From assembly GCA_004431415.1 (NCBI GenBank), contig QPMI01000494.1, positions 558,001 to 622,000 on the forward strand: a DNA stretch of 64,000 nucleotides, given 5' to 3'. This document shows, piece by piece, positions 1-13,319 of the stretch (position 1 is its first letter; the number at the start of each line of letters is the position of its first letter). This DNA is from Cyanophora paradoxa CCMP329. Lineage: Eukaryota; Plantae; Glaucophyta. The notes beneath the pieces were generated by a model. The model saw only the letters and a list, made by a program, of their open reading frames with translations, did not search any database and was not told the DNA's origin. The translations under genes were made by a program, and so were the position numbers.

Positions 1-3000
1 TCCGTCAGCGCTAACGCGCACGCAGTGGATAATCCCTACGGCGCGATCTAACGACGTGAATATCTCGGGGAATTCAACCGTTCAGCTAGACTTTGCACGC
101 GTGCATGCACCTTGATGTCCACGTAGAACGCTCTTGCAGGCCCACCGGCCGGTGTCCCAGATTCGTATAGTTCGATCGGCCGAACTGGAAATGATCGCGC
201 TCCTGTTTGAAATTGAGGATGAATACGAACGGACAGTTTTGGATTCTCTTGCAATGCAAGCAAGCAAGCGAACCCGTCGGGCGTAAAGGCGACGCTGCGG
301 ACGGGTCCAGAGTGTCCGACAAGCGTGGTAACCACGACTGGCCGCGCGCTCGCGCAGTCCCACACGATGACCAACTCATCGTCTCCGGCGGATGCAAGGA
401 GCCGACCGTCCGCCGAGAAGGCGCATGCCCGGACCCAGTCCTTGTGTCCCTTGAGCGGGTGCGAGCGCATGAAGCTCATTTTACCAAGCTCCTTCGTCCA
501 GAGTGCCAACGTCCGATCCTCCGAAGCGGTGCAGACGGTGTCGGAGCCGCGCCACGCTAGAGCCCAGATCACGTCTTTGTGCGCATCCTTTGCCTCAAAC
601 TCCAGCTCCCCAGTCGCCGTGCTCCAAACCCGAAGCGAACAGTCGCCGCCCCCCGTCGCCACGGAGCGCCCGTCGGCTGAGAAGGCACACGCTCGAACAT
701 TTGCCTCGTGCCCCTTCAACGAGTGGCGCGGAGAGTCGGAAGGTGGGTTCGTATCCCAGAGGAAGACGCGCTTGTCCCAGCCGGCGGTGCAGAGCATGGA
801 TCCATCGGGGGATGCGGAGATCGACCAGACATGTGACTTGTGGCTGCTGCCGGTATCAGGGTGGACGCCGCGGTGCGATTTTCCGGCAGACATCGCTTCT
901 TTCGCCTTTTCCGCATCCTCCTTCTCCTTTTCTTTGCTCATGTCTTCGATGGTCCTCTGCTCGCCGAAAATCGCAATCTGCTTCCCCAAAGGTGCGTCGT
1001 GATCATGCTGTTTGGAGAGCAGAACGTCCTCTAGCGTTCGGCGTTGCAGAGGCGGGCGGGCAGTGCCGGCCAGCAGCTGATTCCGGCGCTCCTCAATCAC
1101 CGACATGTCCCATTTTCGAATAGAGTGGTCATCAGAACTGCTCGTGATTAACACGCACGTTGCCGCGGCAATTCACAGCCCTGACCAATCCAGCGCACCA
1201 AGAGAGCAGCAGTTTCGAGCCGGTCGAGTATGCAAAGCGTGCCTGGCGGACCTCGGCAACATGGCCGCGGAGCGAGGCAATAAGGAAGCCCTTTTCGTAA
1301 TCGTACACCCTGACCTCGCCGTCCTGCATGCAGTTGATACGAGAATTCAACAAAAATCACAAAGCTGGCGCACTGCAGATGCCGTGGCAAGGAGGAGCTT
1401 GTCGGGCGATTGCTCGACGAAGTTGACTGTCTTGGTGGAGTCCGATAGAGTGGCAAGCGTGCTCCCGGACGCGACGCTCCAAATCTAGCACGGCAAACGC
1501 ATTTAAGCTGTGCATCGGGTCCCGGTAACGCAATTTTTGTACTGGCTCCGCTACCTTCACGCTCTTGTCGACGGAAGCACTGATAATGTTCTTTCCGTCC
1601 GCGGAATACACAGCACTGTATGCACTCGCCTGAGATGTTTCGGAATCGGGAGTCGAAAAATACAAAGAACAGACCAACGAAGTGCGCCACCGTGGCCTCG
1701 GAAGCTTTTCACTTCCTTTTCAAGATACGCGTCCCATATTTTCACCTGAAGCACGAATGAAGCGCGATCGCAAACTGAATTTAGAGTCGAGTTCGAGGGC
1801 ACCTGCTCGTCGTCGCCGCCAGAAACGATGTGATCCCCGTCGGGCGAGACAGCGACCGATCGCACCTGCCCGAGTTCGATTCGTATGCTTTAATTTGCTC
1901 GGCGGTGCCTGATCTTGGGGCGCGCAGGCGCAGGCGCACCCAGTCAAAATGCCCTTTAAGCGATGTAATCACGCTCCAGCTCGTCGTGTCCCAGATGGCG
2001 ACAGTGCGGTCCTCCGAAGTGGAAACTAGCTTGGCGGCGTTCGGCGAAAACGCAACTGACCAGCTGGCCATGGGAGGAAAATAAGGACGTTTAAGAATGC
2101 GAAGCAAGACGATTGTTTATGCACGCACACAACGTCTTTATGTCCTTGAAGGTCCTTTATCTCTGCGGTATAGTTTCGTTTGGGAACGGTCCAGCTTCAT
2201 TGAGCAGTAGCAGTTCAGGCTTAATACGGGTGCACGCACTTTTGAATGTCTTCGTCTCCCAAATGCTAATAGAGGCGTCTCCGCAGCCGGTAGCAATGAA
2301 CGGTCCGCTAGGATGGCGATACGTTTTCGGTGCCCACGCCGCACAGCGGATATCGCGCTGCATTTCCAGGTCCTGTGACAGCACACGCCCGCGTACGACA
2401 TCCCACACCTGCGCATGCTGTGAATGAGGTTTCGATTCAGCCCACATTTTAATAGAAGGAACCTTTGCAGAGCCGCCCCAATCGGTGGAAATCGCGCGAG
2501 TCCCGTCTGGAGACACAGCAAGAGACCAAACGAAATGAGAGTGCCCGGTTAAAACGCCCGTGCATATGTTAGTCTCCATGCCCTCCTCGTCCTCCGTGGA
2601 CCTGTTTTGCATGCGATCGCTATCGTCTTCTGTAGCGATGTTTTCATCCCACAACTTAACAGAGCCATCTGCAGATAAGATCAATCAAGCATCCTGCTAC
2701 GAATACGGAGGGTAAAACAATTAATCCAGAATGTAAGCTCACCACCGCATGAGACAATTGATGCCGATGCATGACGGGAGCGTACAATTGAGATGGCGCG
2801 AACAATTCCCGCATGTCCTGTAAGGACCGCCACAAGAGCACTGCCCCCCAGCTGCTTCTCCAGATTGGCGTCCCACACACGAATTGTTTTGTCCGCGGAG
2901 CTTGAAACGACGCGAGCTCCCTCTTCAGCCCAACGAACGCATGTAACGCCCCCGTGATGTCCACGCAGAGTTCGAATGCAGATGTAAGTGGCCGTGGACC

Positions 3001-6000
3001 ATATCTGCAAATATTACAGTCAGAGCCGCGAAGTTTATCAAGCGCGAAAAAATGAACAGAGCTGCCTTGATCGTTCGATCGCCGCTTCCCGTCGCTACGT
3101 AACTGCCTTCGGGCGAGAACGCGACGCTTCGACAAACGTTAGTGTGCCCTGCGAGCGTTGCGACCTGCTTGTAAGTTGTTGCGTCCCAGAGCTTGGCGGT
3201 CTCGTCGTCCGACGCGCTTGCTATCATCCCGCGGGTGCTCCAATCGCAGGCCCGTACCCAGTCGTTGTGTCCCTCGAGCACAGCTAGCACGGATCGTGTG
3301 GTGAGAGCTTCTTTTCGGTCCTGATCGTGAATGCGGCGAGTCGCGAAACTCCACACGCGCAACTCGCGATCCTCCCCCGCAGTAACAATGCGGTCTCCTT
3401 CCGGGCTCCAAGCACAGCCCCAAATAACTGCGAGAAATAAGATATCGAAAATTAAGTTCAATGATTCGACACGGACCATCGGTGTGGCCCTTCGCTGCCA
3501 TTATCTGCTGCCCGGTACTTGTATCGTGCACACGAAGCAATCTATCGCCGCCGCCAGATGCAAGAAAACGGCTGTCCCGCGACCATGCCACACAACGCGC
3601 ATTCGCATCCTGGAGAGCAGTATCGGGTTAATATTTATACACACAAGTCCATTTACATATAAATGTCTGCTGCACCTTGCCATGCCCAGAAAGGGTCATC
3701 AATTCCTGCCCTGTGAGCGCGTCGAATGTTTTCAAAGTCCCATCCCTGACGGAGAGCACGTAAAAACGCTTTTCGGAAACCAGCACATCTAGATCTCATG
3801 ATCAGAGTCTAGAGCCGGATCCAGAGCACCAGCAAGCCGTGGCAAATTTCGGATTTTCATCGCTGTAAGATGCATCCACATGCCTGCGTATATATAGCAA
3901 TTTGGCAAGTGAATAATGAAGCTCTAATAATGGGAATGCTTCCCGCTCCGCGCACCAGATAATGTCTTTATGCGGTTTTAGCTGCCTACCGGTCAATATT
4001 GTAATGGGATATATAGGCGGGGAGAAAAACATTTAAGATGTACCGTCATGACGCATGCATCAAGACGCTGCGGTTTGTTGATGTGCTCGATGAAAGAACT
4101 ATGCATGAGCGACTGCCTCAGCCGCCGCTCCGCCTCTTCTCGTGGTGCAGACGCTGGTGGCTGATTGTACGCTGCGCAGGTCTGCACTGAGTGCTACGTA
4201 TTCAGTTGTATTCCGCAATCTGAACAAAGACCGACCCATTTGGAAAACGAGCGATGGCTCTTTGCTGAGTATGTGACTGGAGCGCTGCACGAACTGCTGA
4301 AATTGCAGCAGCCGGGTGACCGCTGCGGATTCGACACTGAGTTTTGCGCATCGCATGTAAGTAGCTACAGTGTTAACGGGCTTACTGTCCAATTTGGGAA
4401 GCGCCTCTGTGGCCGCATTGAATTCCAGCGGGCCAGCAGTCGTTGCTTCGGGGGCCTGGAGAGCATGCGCAACATGTCCAGTTGCAGCGCGTGCAGCCTC
4501 ACTTTTCCGGGATTCGGGGGCGGGAGAAGCGTGATCACGATGCCTGAAACTGGACGGAGATTTACCCTCCAACCGCTGCTCTTGCAGCTTCTGCGTGCAC
4601 GCGGCAAAGCGAAGAAAGTCGCGGACGAGCTCGAACGAGAGTCCAGCACGGAATTTTTCTTCGATAAATCTGCAATCATGTGTTTAATTCTAGAGCGAGA
4701 CGTAAACAAGCCGATGCGAAAGAGCAGCGGACCGGAGATTAGTCAGTGTGTCTTTGAGCAACTGCCACTCGCGAGCGTGGGTCAGATGGAATGGCAGGTT
4801 CTCAAGGACGCGGGATGGTGTCTCTTGTACTAGCTGGACTCGGCTTGCAATGGAGAGAAGGGACAATCGCCGGTGCCCGCGTTTTTCCAGTTTCTGTCGG
4901 AACAGACGCACAGCGCGCCAGAACAAAACATGTACTCGTAAGGTTGTCGAGGTCAAAAACTTAGCCTGAACGAACGGGAAGGAAGAGCTAAGAGATCGAA
5001 GCGACGGCCGAAGACATAGTAATAAACAGCATATTCAGAAACCAACATTGCTTAAGAAGTAGATCGCCATCTTGCGGTGCATGTCGGCATGCTTTTCCGG
5101 CTTGGAGAGATACCTCTCCTGAACCGCATCAGATAGCTGAGAGAAGTAGAACGCGACCGTTCCTGTCGAGGGTATGAGTTTGTTAAAAGATCTGACAAAG
5201 TTTCCAAATCTCGCAATATATTTCAATGGATCTTTGCTGGAGTCGAACCTTCGCCGGAGTCGCCGGGGGGCCGCAGGTAGAACTCGAGGGAGCGAAAGAG
5301 GCGGGCCCACAAGGCGCGCGGCAGCTGCAGCTCGTTCATATCCGGCCGCGCCAGCAACTCGAGAATCTCGTCCTCGACAAGACCGTTCCTTGAAAGATGG
5401 AGGAAGGAAAGGGCGTGCTGGACGAGATTCGCGTCGTGGTCCTTCTCCAGTCGCTCTAGCACTTTCAGAAACATCTCTGGTGACCATCGATATAGCTGTG
5501 GTCAGCCGCATGCACGAGGTCGACAGCTCTCAGAGATGAAGATGTTCTGTTTTCGATTCATGATATATGGCCCGGCACTGACCTGGGATTGTTTCCGGCA
5601 AACTTTGAATGAAGGAGGAGATCTCCTCGAATTTCCCGAAGGTTCGCACCTGCACGCGCGCATTTCTTAGACGCGCATATGCATAGGCCGCCCTCTTCAT
5701 CAAGCCTACAGCGGCTTCAGTCACCTCCTCACAAACAACCATGAGGTACAGCGCGTTCTGAGCAGCTTGCTTCTTCAGGATGAGCTTTCTCTGATCATCG
5801 GTAAGTTTTTTGTGATACTCGTCAAGCTGACGGGAACGACAACGGATCAGACGTTCAGTCACACGAATATATAGAGAACATGGGTGCGCGTGCCGTTTTT
5901 TCGATGAGTTCCGATTGTAGCTTGTTTGTGAGAACAGGGACGGCACACACTGCGCACATGCACATGATCAAGTCCTGATACAATCATGGCTTGATCAGGT

Positions 6001-9000
6001 GCACATTGCAACTCACTTGTCCACGCAGAGGGTTCCAGCGAATTCTTTTGGTCGGAAAAGTCAGGTCGCTGCTGAAGGGCGAAAAGGACAGGGTGCTGAT
6101 CTCCGTCATCGTCCGTGTCGAGCGAGCTCTGAGGCGTTTTAAATTTCAAGTTTTGAGCGGAGCAACTCCGCATCGTCTTTCGAAATTAAACCGAATTACG
6201 AACCAGAATGATACGGGTGTATTTGGGGAGTGGGCACGGGATCCAGTCCAGATTCCAAGCGTAGTCCATGTTGGAGAGTTGGGAGACAGCGTCTAGAACG
6301 AGTACGAGCGGCTTGTTGGGGCTCGCAAGGCCCGCCACTACTCTTAGTAGCGAAGCGAACTCGGCCTTCAGATCCTCGATGCGGGCTGTAAGGGCCGGCT
6401 CCTGCTTAAGATTCTCAACCCCTCCGGATTGAGCCATGGCGAGCAGCTCGATGCAGAGACGGTGGAGGGTACGTCGGATGGAGAAGGAGTCCGGCGAAGC
6501 GCCAACGAAGTAGTAGACAAGTGAGCATGGGCGGTGTTCCTCTTCGACGCTGCTCACAAACCTGGCGAGAAGAGCCGACTTGCCGCACCCGTGCTGCCCG
6601 TACAGCACGTACCCATGACCGCTTTGCTCCCCGTCCTCGCAGCTGCTCGCGAAATCTTTGAGGGCGTCCAGTACGGTTTCCTGTCCGAAGAAGTTGCGTG
6701 CACGCTGAGCAACCACCAGCTCGTGATACGAGCGCTCCGTCCGCCGCGAATCTTCCGATTCCGATGCGCATGCACGCATACATGTAAGAAATTCGAAGCG
6801 GCTCAAACCGAGTTGAGAAGAAAGCGTCTCTGACCCATGACTGCATCGGACACCGGAAACTCTTGGCGGATCGCATCACTCAAGTCTTTGAACACCTGTG
6901 AAAAGTTCACGCATTCGATGAGATACATTGAAACCCAGAAAGAAAATCTAAACGAGCCTGACGCCCCCAACTCTCAAGACTCTTCACGTATCCAGCTGCA
7001 GCGACGGCCTTCTCTTGATCGGGTCGCTTTGTGTTTTCAGCATCGAACTCGCAGCCGTAGCCGTCCAGAACAACTGAGAGAAAATAATTGAGTTAATTGA
7101 GCGATGCTTTGCATATATATTATCGTTATTTGGTCAAGTCGATTCACCAGTGTATGGGTGGCGGCGACAGCGCTCCATGAGCTCTGCCTGCTTTGCCCGG
7201 TTTTCGTCGATAAAAATGTCTCGGTCCGCGACGCCGCACTGCTCCAGGAAGGATGGGTCTCGAATGTAAACGAACGCGTGCACAGGCGCAGGCTCTCCGC
7301 TCTCTTTGATTGTCCTGCGCAATATACCTTGCTCGATTTCCAGGGCCTGCGCGCGAAAGCAACTCAGCGGTCCATGCTAATTATAACGATTCAGCAACTG
7401 CGATGAATTATAATGAGTTCTTACTGTAATCGAGCAGCTCTTGTCGATTTTTTCAAGCTCTCGGATCCAGTTCCACTGCTCCTTTGCAGACACCTTGTAC
7501 GATCCAGGCGTCCAACCATATCTGCCGGACAGAAGCGAAATTAAATTGGCTTGATTATTGATCCATCAAAGTGCGAATTCCCAGCGCACCGCTCGCCACT
7601 CTGCCATTGATTGAGGGTCAGTTTGATAGTACGGGAAAAATGAGAGCGATAATACAGTTTCCAAATACCAGAACGACTATCCACCCGGCGCAACGCTCAA
7701 TCTCCTCAAGGCTTCAACAATTAGATTAGATTAGATTGCAAATTAGTAATTTGAGTTGATCAAAGCAGCGGCCGCGGCACCAGAGCTCAAGGGCGCCGAC
7801 CCCCGAGTCAGACGTGTCTTCCAGCGTAAGCCCCCTGATTCGAAATTCCGAAATTAAACGACGCATAGGTCAATGTCGGATCTGATTTCTCCTTGGGCCG
7901 CTGTGGCGGGCGACAGGATACATATATATGCATACCACCTGAGGTCGACAGGCAGTACGCGGACCTGCAAAGGCCGAGACATATGAAAATTCGGAACGGG
8001 GCCTCGCGAATGGCAAGAGACTTCGAAGCTGAAGGGTGCGACGCACTTTCCTCTTCTTAGCCTCCTCATTGAGTTCGGGGAAGATTGTCCGTGTGAGATG
8101 ATCTCGCTCGCCGTGCATGTCCTGAAGGACGGGCCCGGGTAAACATAAATAGGTGCGGACCGCAAATCTACCGATCTGATGCAGGCCCAGCTATATATAG
8201 CTATGTATATGGTACCTTGAAGGTAGAAGAGACGAACACGCGCACAGTCGCCCATCCGGATGCCAGTCGCGGTCGTTCGATTTGGAGGCGTACAGGCTGG
8301 TCCGGAACGCTTGCGCAGGACCGCAATCAGTAGATGCGTATTATCGGGGAAAGAGAGGGCGGATCGGAGTACATTCGCATTTTCTTCATGCGGGAGCGGG
8401 CAGCAGCCGGATCACGCAGGTAGTCGCTCTTCTTGATTTCTTGCCATTCCTGGTGATGGCAGCCATCGATATCAGCATTGGCTCGCGACGCCCACGTGCC
8501 TCGTGAGCGTACCACGGCTTTAAGCGCAGCTTCGATGCGGCCAATGGCCGCGAGGGCCCGGGCTGACTTCTTGCGGGCATGCGCAGTCGCCGCAGCTGAT
8601 GCTGGCTCTTCACTTTTGGCGACTGACGCTGCGGCTGCAGCTGCCAGCTCTTCACGTTTGGCCAACCGCGACGTGGATTTGGCCACACGTGTGCCGGCCG
8701 CTGGATCGACGAGGGGAGTAAATTCCGGGACTCTCGCATTCCCGTCGAAGTGGACACTTGAGCTCAGAACGCCCTCGGACAGCGAGCCGGACGTCCCCGG
8801 CCCCGCGCCGGGGATGGATAATTCGGAGCGTTCAAATATGGGGACAGAGTTCGCAGCTGGATTCAGAACGCTGTGTGGCTCGAGCTCGGATGGCGGCGGA
8901 GCATGACGGAGGCTCGGAATGAGGGCCGCGGCCGGGGGCGCCTGCGGCTGCGAATTCGATTGAAGCAGGGTCTGGCTATGCATACGGCCAGGCGCAACGC

Positions 9001-9571
9001 CCTGCATCAGCACCGCCTGGTAAGCAGCGAGCAGCGTCGTCTTTCGCAGATCTGCACGTAAGAGGCCAAATGAAGTCAGATCAAACACCGCCCAAGGGCT
9101 TGGACTGGCTACATGTATATATATAGATATATCGCAGCTGACGGCGTGTAAATGTACATGTACGCACTGATTGCGGCCTCGTGTGCTCCAATCGAAACTC
9201 TGGCCACAACAATGAGAGGCGCTCATTAAACCGGCAACATGTACATATGTTACATATGTACATGTACACTCAAAGACTTACAGCTCTCGCTGGATACCAG
9301 CGGTATCGGTAGGGATGGGAGCTTGCGCATCCAGCTGAAGCTGCAGGCCTAGGGTCCCGGAAGGGTCGGAGCGCGGCACAGCGCCTTCATTGCGTGATGA
9401 GTTCTCATCTTCAGCTGCAGCTGTAAACGCATGCGCAGCCGCTGCTGGCGCCCGGGACGAAGCGCGTGCTGGCGCACGCAAAGCGAGCTGCAGCTGCAGC
9501 TCTCCCGGAGATGACGGTGACACGTGCCCACTTGGTACGACGGTGTTCGAGCAGCTGCATGCCGCGCCCAT
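1..9571 (-). CDS. Multi-exon DUF4062 + NACHT/STAND NTPase + ~20 WD40-repeat protein (TEP1 C-half / NWD-like); 3' end runs off the window
   Basis: Start MGAACSC at 9571. Spliced exons give WATVRVFVSSTFK|DMHGERDHLTRTIFPEL...VDLRW (DUF4062 signature, ~8260-7930), Walker A YGQHGCGKS and Walker B LVLVLDAVSQL (6186-6806 ORF), and a winged-helix-like LSRNGLVEDEILELL. About 20 GH...WD repeats lie from ~3980 to 1 (e.g. GHNDWVRACDWS...AKLWD, GHKDWVRACAFSADG...IVWD). Confidence 0.87.
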
Positions 9572-10181
9572 GACAGCGTTTGAGCTCGCGTAGTAGCCAG
9601 CTAGCCTAGTAGGCTAGTACTACGTATACGGTAGACTACAGATCTCGAGCTCTCGCGCGGCGTTGATGTCAGAGTCTCGGGCGAGATCAAGAACTACAGC
9701 TAATCATGGCGGCGTGATATACATGGCTAAAGATCAGGATCAACTTTGCCAAGGTCTTATGCCTTCGTGATCACTGCGGTTGAGTCAAGCTTAGAAGTTG
9801 CCAACGTTTTAACTGAGGCCCAACTCAACTTCAAGCTTGGGCTGCTTGGCTACCTTGGCAGTATATCTATACCACCGTGGCACGGCCCAGGAGCTTATAA
9901 TAAGCCTACCGGGGTCCGGGACTCCGGGCCCGACTCGGCGAGTCCGGGGTAGCTACTAGCTACCGTAGTACTGCAGTATCTCAGAGTCAGGCCTCAGGGC
10001 CTACCGGGGTCCGGCCCGTCCGGGTATGCCATGATGAGCTCGAGCCTCGAGGCTCACCTGGCACCTGCATGGCACCTGCCAGTGGCTGCCACAAGCCGTT
10101 GAAGGCTTGAAGCTTAAGTTAAGGCTGCCAGTCTCTCAGTGCCACGGGCCAGACAGCTAGCGGCCCTAGCGGCCTAGCCTA

Positions 10182-10377
10182 CCGTGTAACAGGAAAATAC
10201 TGGACGCTGATAATTAGTGGAGCCGGAAAATAGTGGACCAGACGTTGGACTCAGTCCACTAATTTCGAGCTCCACTAAATTGGCACTAATTCCCTCAGCA
10301 ATTTCCTTGATCGATCTGGTATCGATCTTTCCCTCTGCGGGAGGGTGTTAACGATCTGGTATTAACCTGTTAATTAA
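10182..10377. mobile_element. Degenerate foldback MITE-like element
   Basis: Starts TA|CCGTGTAACAGGAAAATAC with a partial inverted match GTATTAACCTGTTA at ~10359-10372. Internal inverted repeat AATTAGTGGAGCCGGAAAATAGTGGAC (~10212-10238) / GTCCACTAATTTCGAGCTCCACTAAATT (~10254-10281). Confidence 0.35.
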
Positions 10378-10382
10378 GCCTC

Positions 10383-12259
10383 CACAGCAGAGTATGGGGG
10401 GGGTACCCACCATAGCATTGGTTTGTATGGGACTGCGGCCCCCCCCCTAGACCATTCTGTGCAGTAACCATCAGCGCGCCGGGCGACGCGCTAGCACGCT
10501 CGTCGTCCTTAGCTAGGCCTTCCGGGCAGTGTGAAAGCAGTCCGGCCGACGGGGGCGCTCTGGCTCGGGAGATCGACTTGTAGCTAGTGCGGGCCGGCCG
10601 GGCCATTGGGGAGGCGCCCAGCGACCAGCTCACCGCATCATTAGTGAGCCTGGCATGCCGCAGACGAGCGGGCGCGCCACGCCCCGCCGCCTCTGGTCCG
10701 CTGGACTCTCCGAAAAGGTAACCGCCGCGCACTGCGAACGAAGGATCGGCGGAAGCTGACCACCGGCGTCGCAGCGCCGACGCAGGACGTTACGAATGTA
10801 ATGTGCATCTGATGAGAGTCTGCTGGTGCGCTGGGCTGGTCGCCGCGCGACCGGCCTGACCGACGCCCCCGCCAGGAGGCCGTGCACCAGCCGCGCATCT
10901 CGCCGGCGGGGCGCAGGTGCAGCCTCGCCTTGCATATGCGACTTAGCTAAGCTAACAGTGCTGATCAATGCTCGCAGCGCGCGCCGGGCGCCGCTCCTGG
11001 GCCGCCCGCTCTTGGTGGTGGTCGCCGCCCCTACGGAGTCGCCGTGGTGCGGGCGCGACCTTTTGCGTCCTTTCTTCAGCTTTGTTTTGATGTATACTAC
11101 ATGCAGGCAACCTGGGCGCACGGTGGGGCTCTTCGGGGCGGGCGTTTCTGGCGGAGAACGCCACCTGGTCCCCCTTCTTGGCCAGATCCCGCTGCTCCCC
11201 GTCGCTCTCCGCGTCTCCCTTGGATAGCACATCGTCTAGATGGTTATGTACAATGAATCTACGCGTTTCCCCGCCGCCGCGCCCGCGCCCCCGTCCCAGG
11301 ATTTGGGTGCCACCACTGCACTGCTCCAGCAGAGCGCCCTGTGCGCCCAGCACGTCCTAGGGCGGCCGAGATGGATGGAAACATAGTATATTACATAGAA
11401 GCACATTCGGGAATGATCCAACGCGTCCGGGAAGCGCGGGCAAGGGGTCCGAGCCTGACCCCAAGTCCTTGCCACCACCACCGCCAGCCGCCGAACGCAG
11501 CACGGCGCCCTGCACAGCATGCGCGCGGTGCGCAACGTAGTTAGTCTTGCGTAGGAACGCAGCTGGCGCGTGGGCTCTGCCGGGATGCGCACCGGAAGCG
11601 ACCAGCACTGCGGCAGTGGCGGGCACCAAGCCAGAACGCGCGGCGGAGCCGCCCTGTGCTCCCGGCGTAAGCTGTTGACACAGCTGATGCCGCCTATGTG
11701 CTGCGGGCGACCGGCGAGGTCACAGGTGACCGGCGGCGGTCGAGCGGGCGGGCGCAGCGGGCGGACGGGACGGACTTCACCCCCGAGAGCGGACGATGGC
11801 GCCGATCGTCATGAAGCATGTTCAACATCTAAGAACACTGTTGAAGCACGTTAGTCCCGCGCAGCAAGAGCGCCCGGGTCGCCGCACCTTCGAGAGCACG
11901 CCGCTCGGCGGGCGAGCGGGGCGGGCGGGCTGTAGCACCGCCAGTGCTGTTTGTATGACCTATGCGTTGCTCCTGATACGCTGGCTGGTAGGCCGGCCGC
12001 CGCCTTCGCCATCCGACCTCGCTGGGCGCGCGACCAAGTTCGAAGTCCGACCCAGACGGACAGGGCTCAAAGCAGACATGGTACTAGAGCTCGACGCGCT
12101 ACATGGAAAAGTGCTGCCCGCCAGGCTATGCGTCTGTCGGTTCTCAAACCGCTCTGTGCCGAAGTTGGCCCTTACCGCCTACCGGGGGGTGCCACTTTCC
12201 CCGGCTTTTCCCATAGAAGCCAAATGCTATGGCGGGTACCCCCCCCATACTCTGCTGTG
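10383..12259. mobile_element. Non-autonomous TIR DNA transposon, CMC (CACTA/Chapaev-like) type, ~1.88 kb
   Basis: ~50-bp TIRs: CACAGCAGAGTATGGGGGGGGTACCC(A/G)CCATAGCATT... at 10383-10432 and its reverse complement at 12209-12259. Flanked by a 3-bp direct repeat CTC (10380-10382, 12260-12262). No intact transposase ORF visible. Confidence 0.78.
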
Positions 12260-12779
12260 CTCGATCTGGTACTAATTTCCGATCTGGTCCTCGGCTTGGC
12301 TTGGCAGCCGCTGAGCCTTGCCAGCAAGTTGGCTTAATTCCGAAGTTCAGGCGACTCGCCGAGTCGGCGACCTTTTGGAGGTCTAGCCGCATCCCCTAGC
12401 CTAAACGCCGTTGTAGACGGTACCGCCGCGTTCGAGTTTAAAAGCTTCAAGGTTTCAAGTTCTCACATTCATATCAGCTCATGAATGTCGATTTGCAAAC
12501 TGGTCGATTCGTAGGCGAATTTAATTCTCAAGTCAGTAAATCAATCGTCACGAGATTCGGATTACGTATATACCCGGTATGAATTTCGGGCCGTCGGACC
12601 GGAATCATCGTCAGTGATTCGTCACCGGATCCGGAATCAGCCGAGGCCTGAAATTGCGCCCTGATTCGCCGCTGAAGCTAGATGAATTATAATTTAAAAA
12701 GGAGGCTCAGATCGACCGTCGGACGCCGCGGGACGCGTACTACGGTACGTAAAACTACAATATTACAATATCTTGAGCC

Positions 12780-13315
12780 GCGAACCAGCTGCACTGCAGG
12801 CTGCAGCCTGCAGGCTGCAGCCTGCAGCCTGCAGACTCAGCCAGCATCGCCCACTGGGCCACTGCCGGCCCAGTGCCGGGCCACTGGCGCCAGTGGGCCA
12901 TTACAATTTTAATAGCAAAGCCCCACCCGGATCGAGCCGGCCGCCGGGCCGCGCCGTACTCCTCGAGTCGGCTTGCTCGAGCCGGCTCGCGTGGTCAGCA
13001 GCCCGGCTCGAGCTCGAGCCGCTCGGCCCCTCCGAGGCTCGGCCCGGCCCGGCCCGGCTCGAGCCGGCCCGGCTCGAGCCCCACCATTTAAGCTCTAGGT
13101 GCATGTACTGTAATGTACAGTGAATATTAATGTCAGTGATGTACTCGAGCTCAGTACGTAAACCCGAACTTCGGAACTCGGAACGTTCCCGGAATATTAA
13201 AAATTCTTGGGAACATGAACATTTCGGGTCCCATTTGCAGGGGGGCCCGCCGGGCTCGAGCCGCTGAGCCCGGCGCCGCCGGGCCGGCTCGGCTCGAGCC
13301 GAAGCATCCTCTAGC
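12780..13315. repeat. Palindrome-rich repeat clusters (CTGCAG, CCACTGG/CCAGTGG, GGCTCGAGCC); possible hAT-MITE remnant
   Basis: Tandem/inverted CTGCAGCCTGCAGG at 12790-12835, many GGCTCGAGCC copies at 12960-13085 and 13250-13300, ending in GCATCCTCTA (reverse complement TAGAGGATGC, hAT-like terminus). No matching left terminus found. Confidence 0.45.
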
Positions 13316-13319
13316 CCTT

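Noticed and set aside
10180-12422. Outer TA|CCGT...ACGG|TA element enclosing the CMC insertion
   Set aside because: Only 4 terminal bases match as an inverted repeat, too few to call
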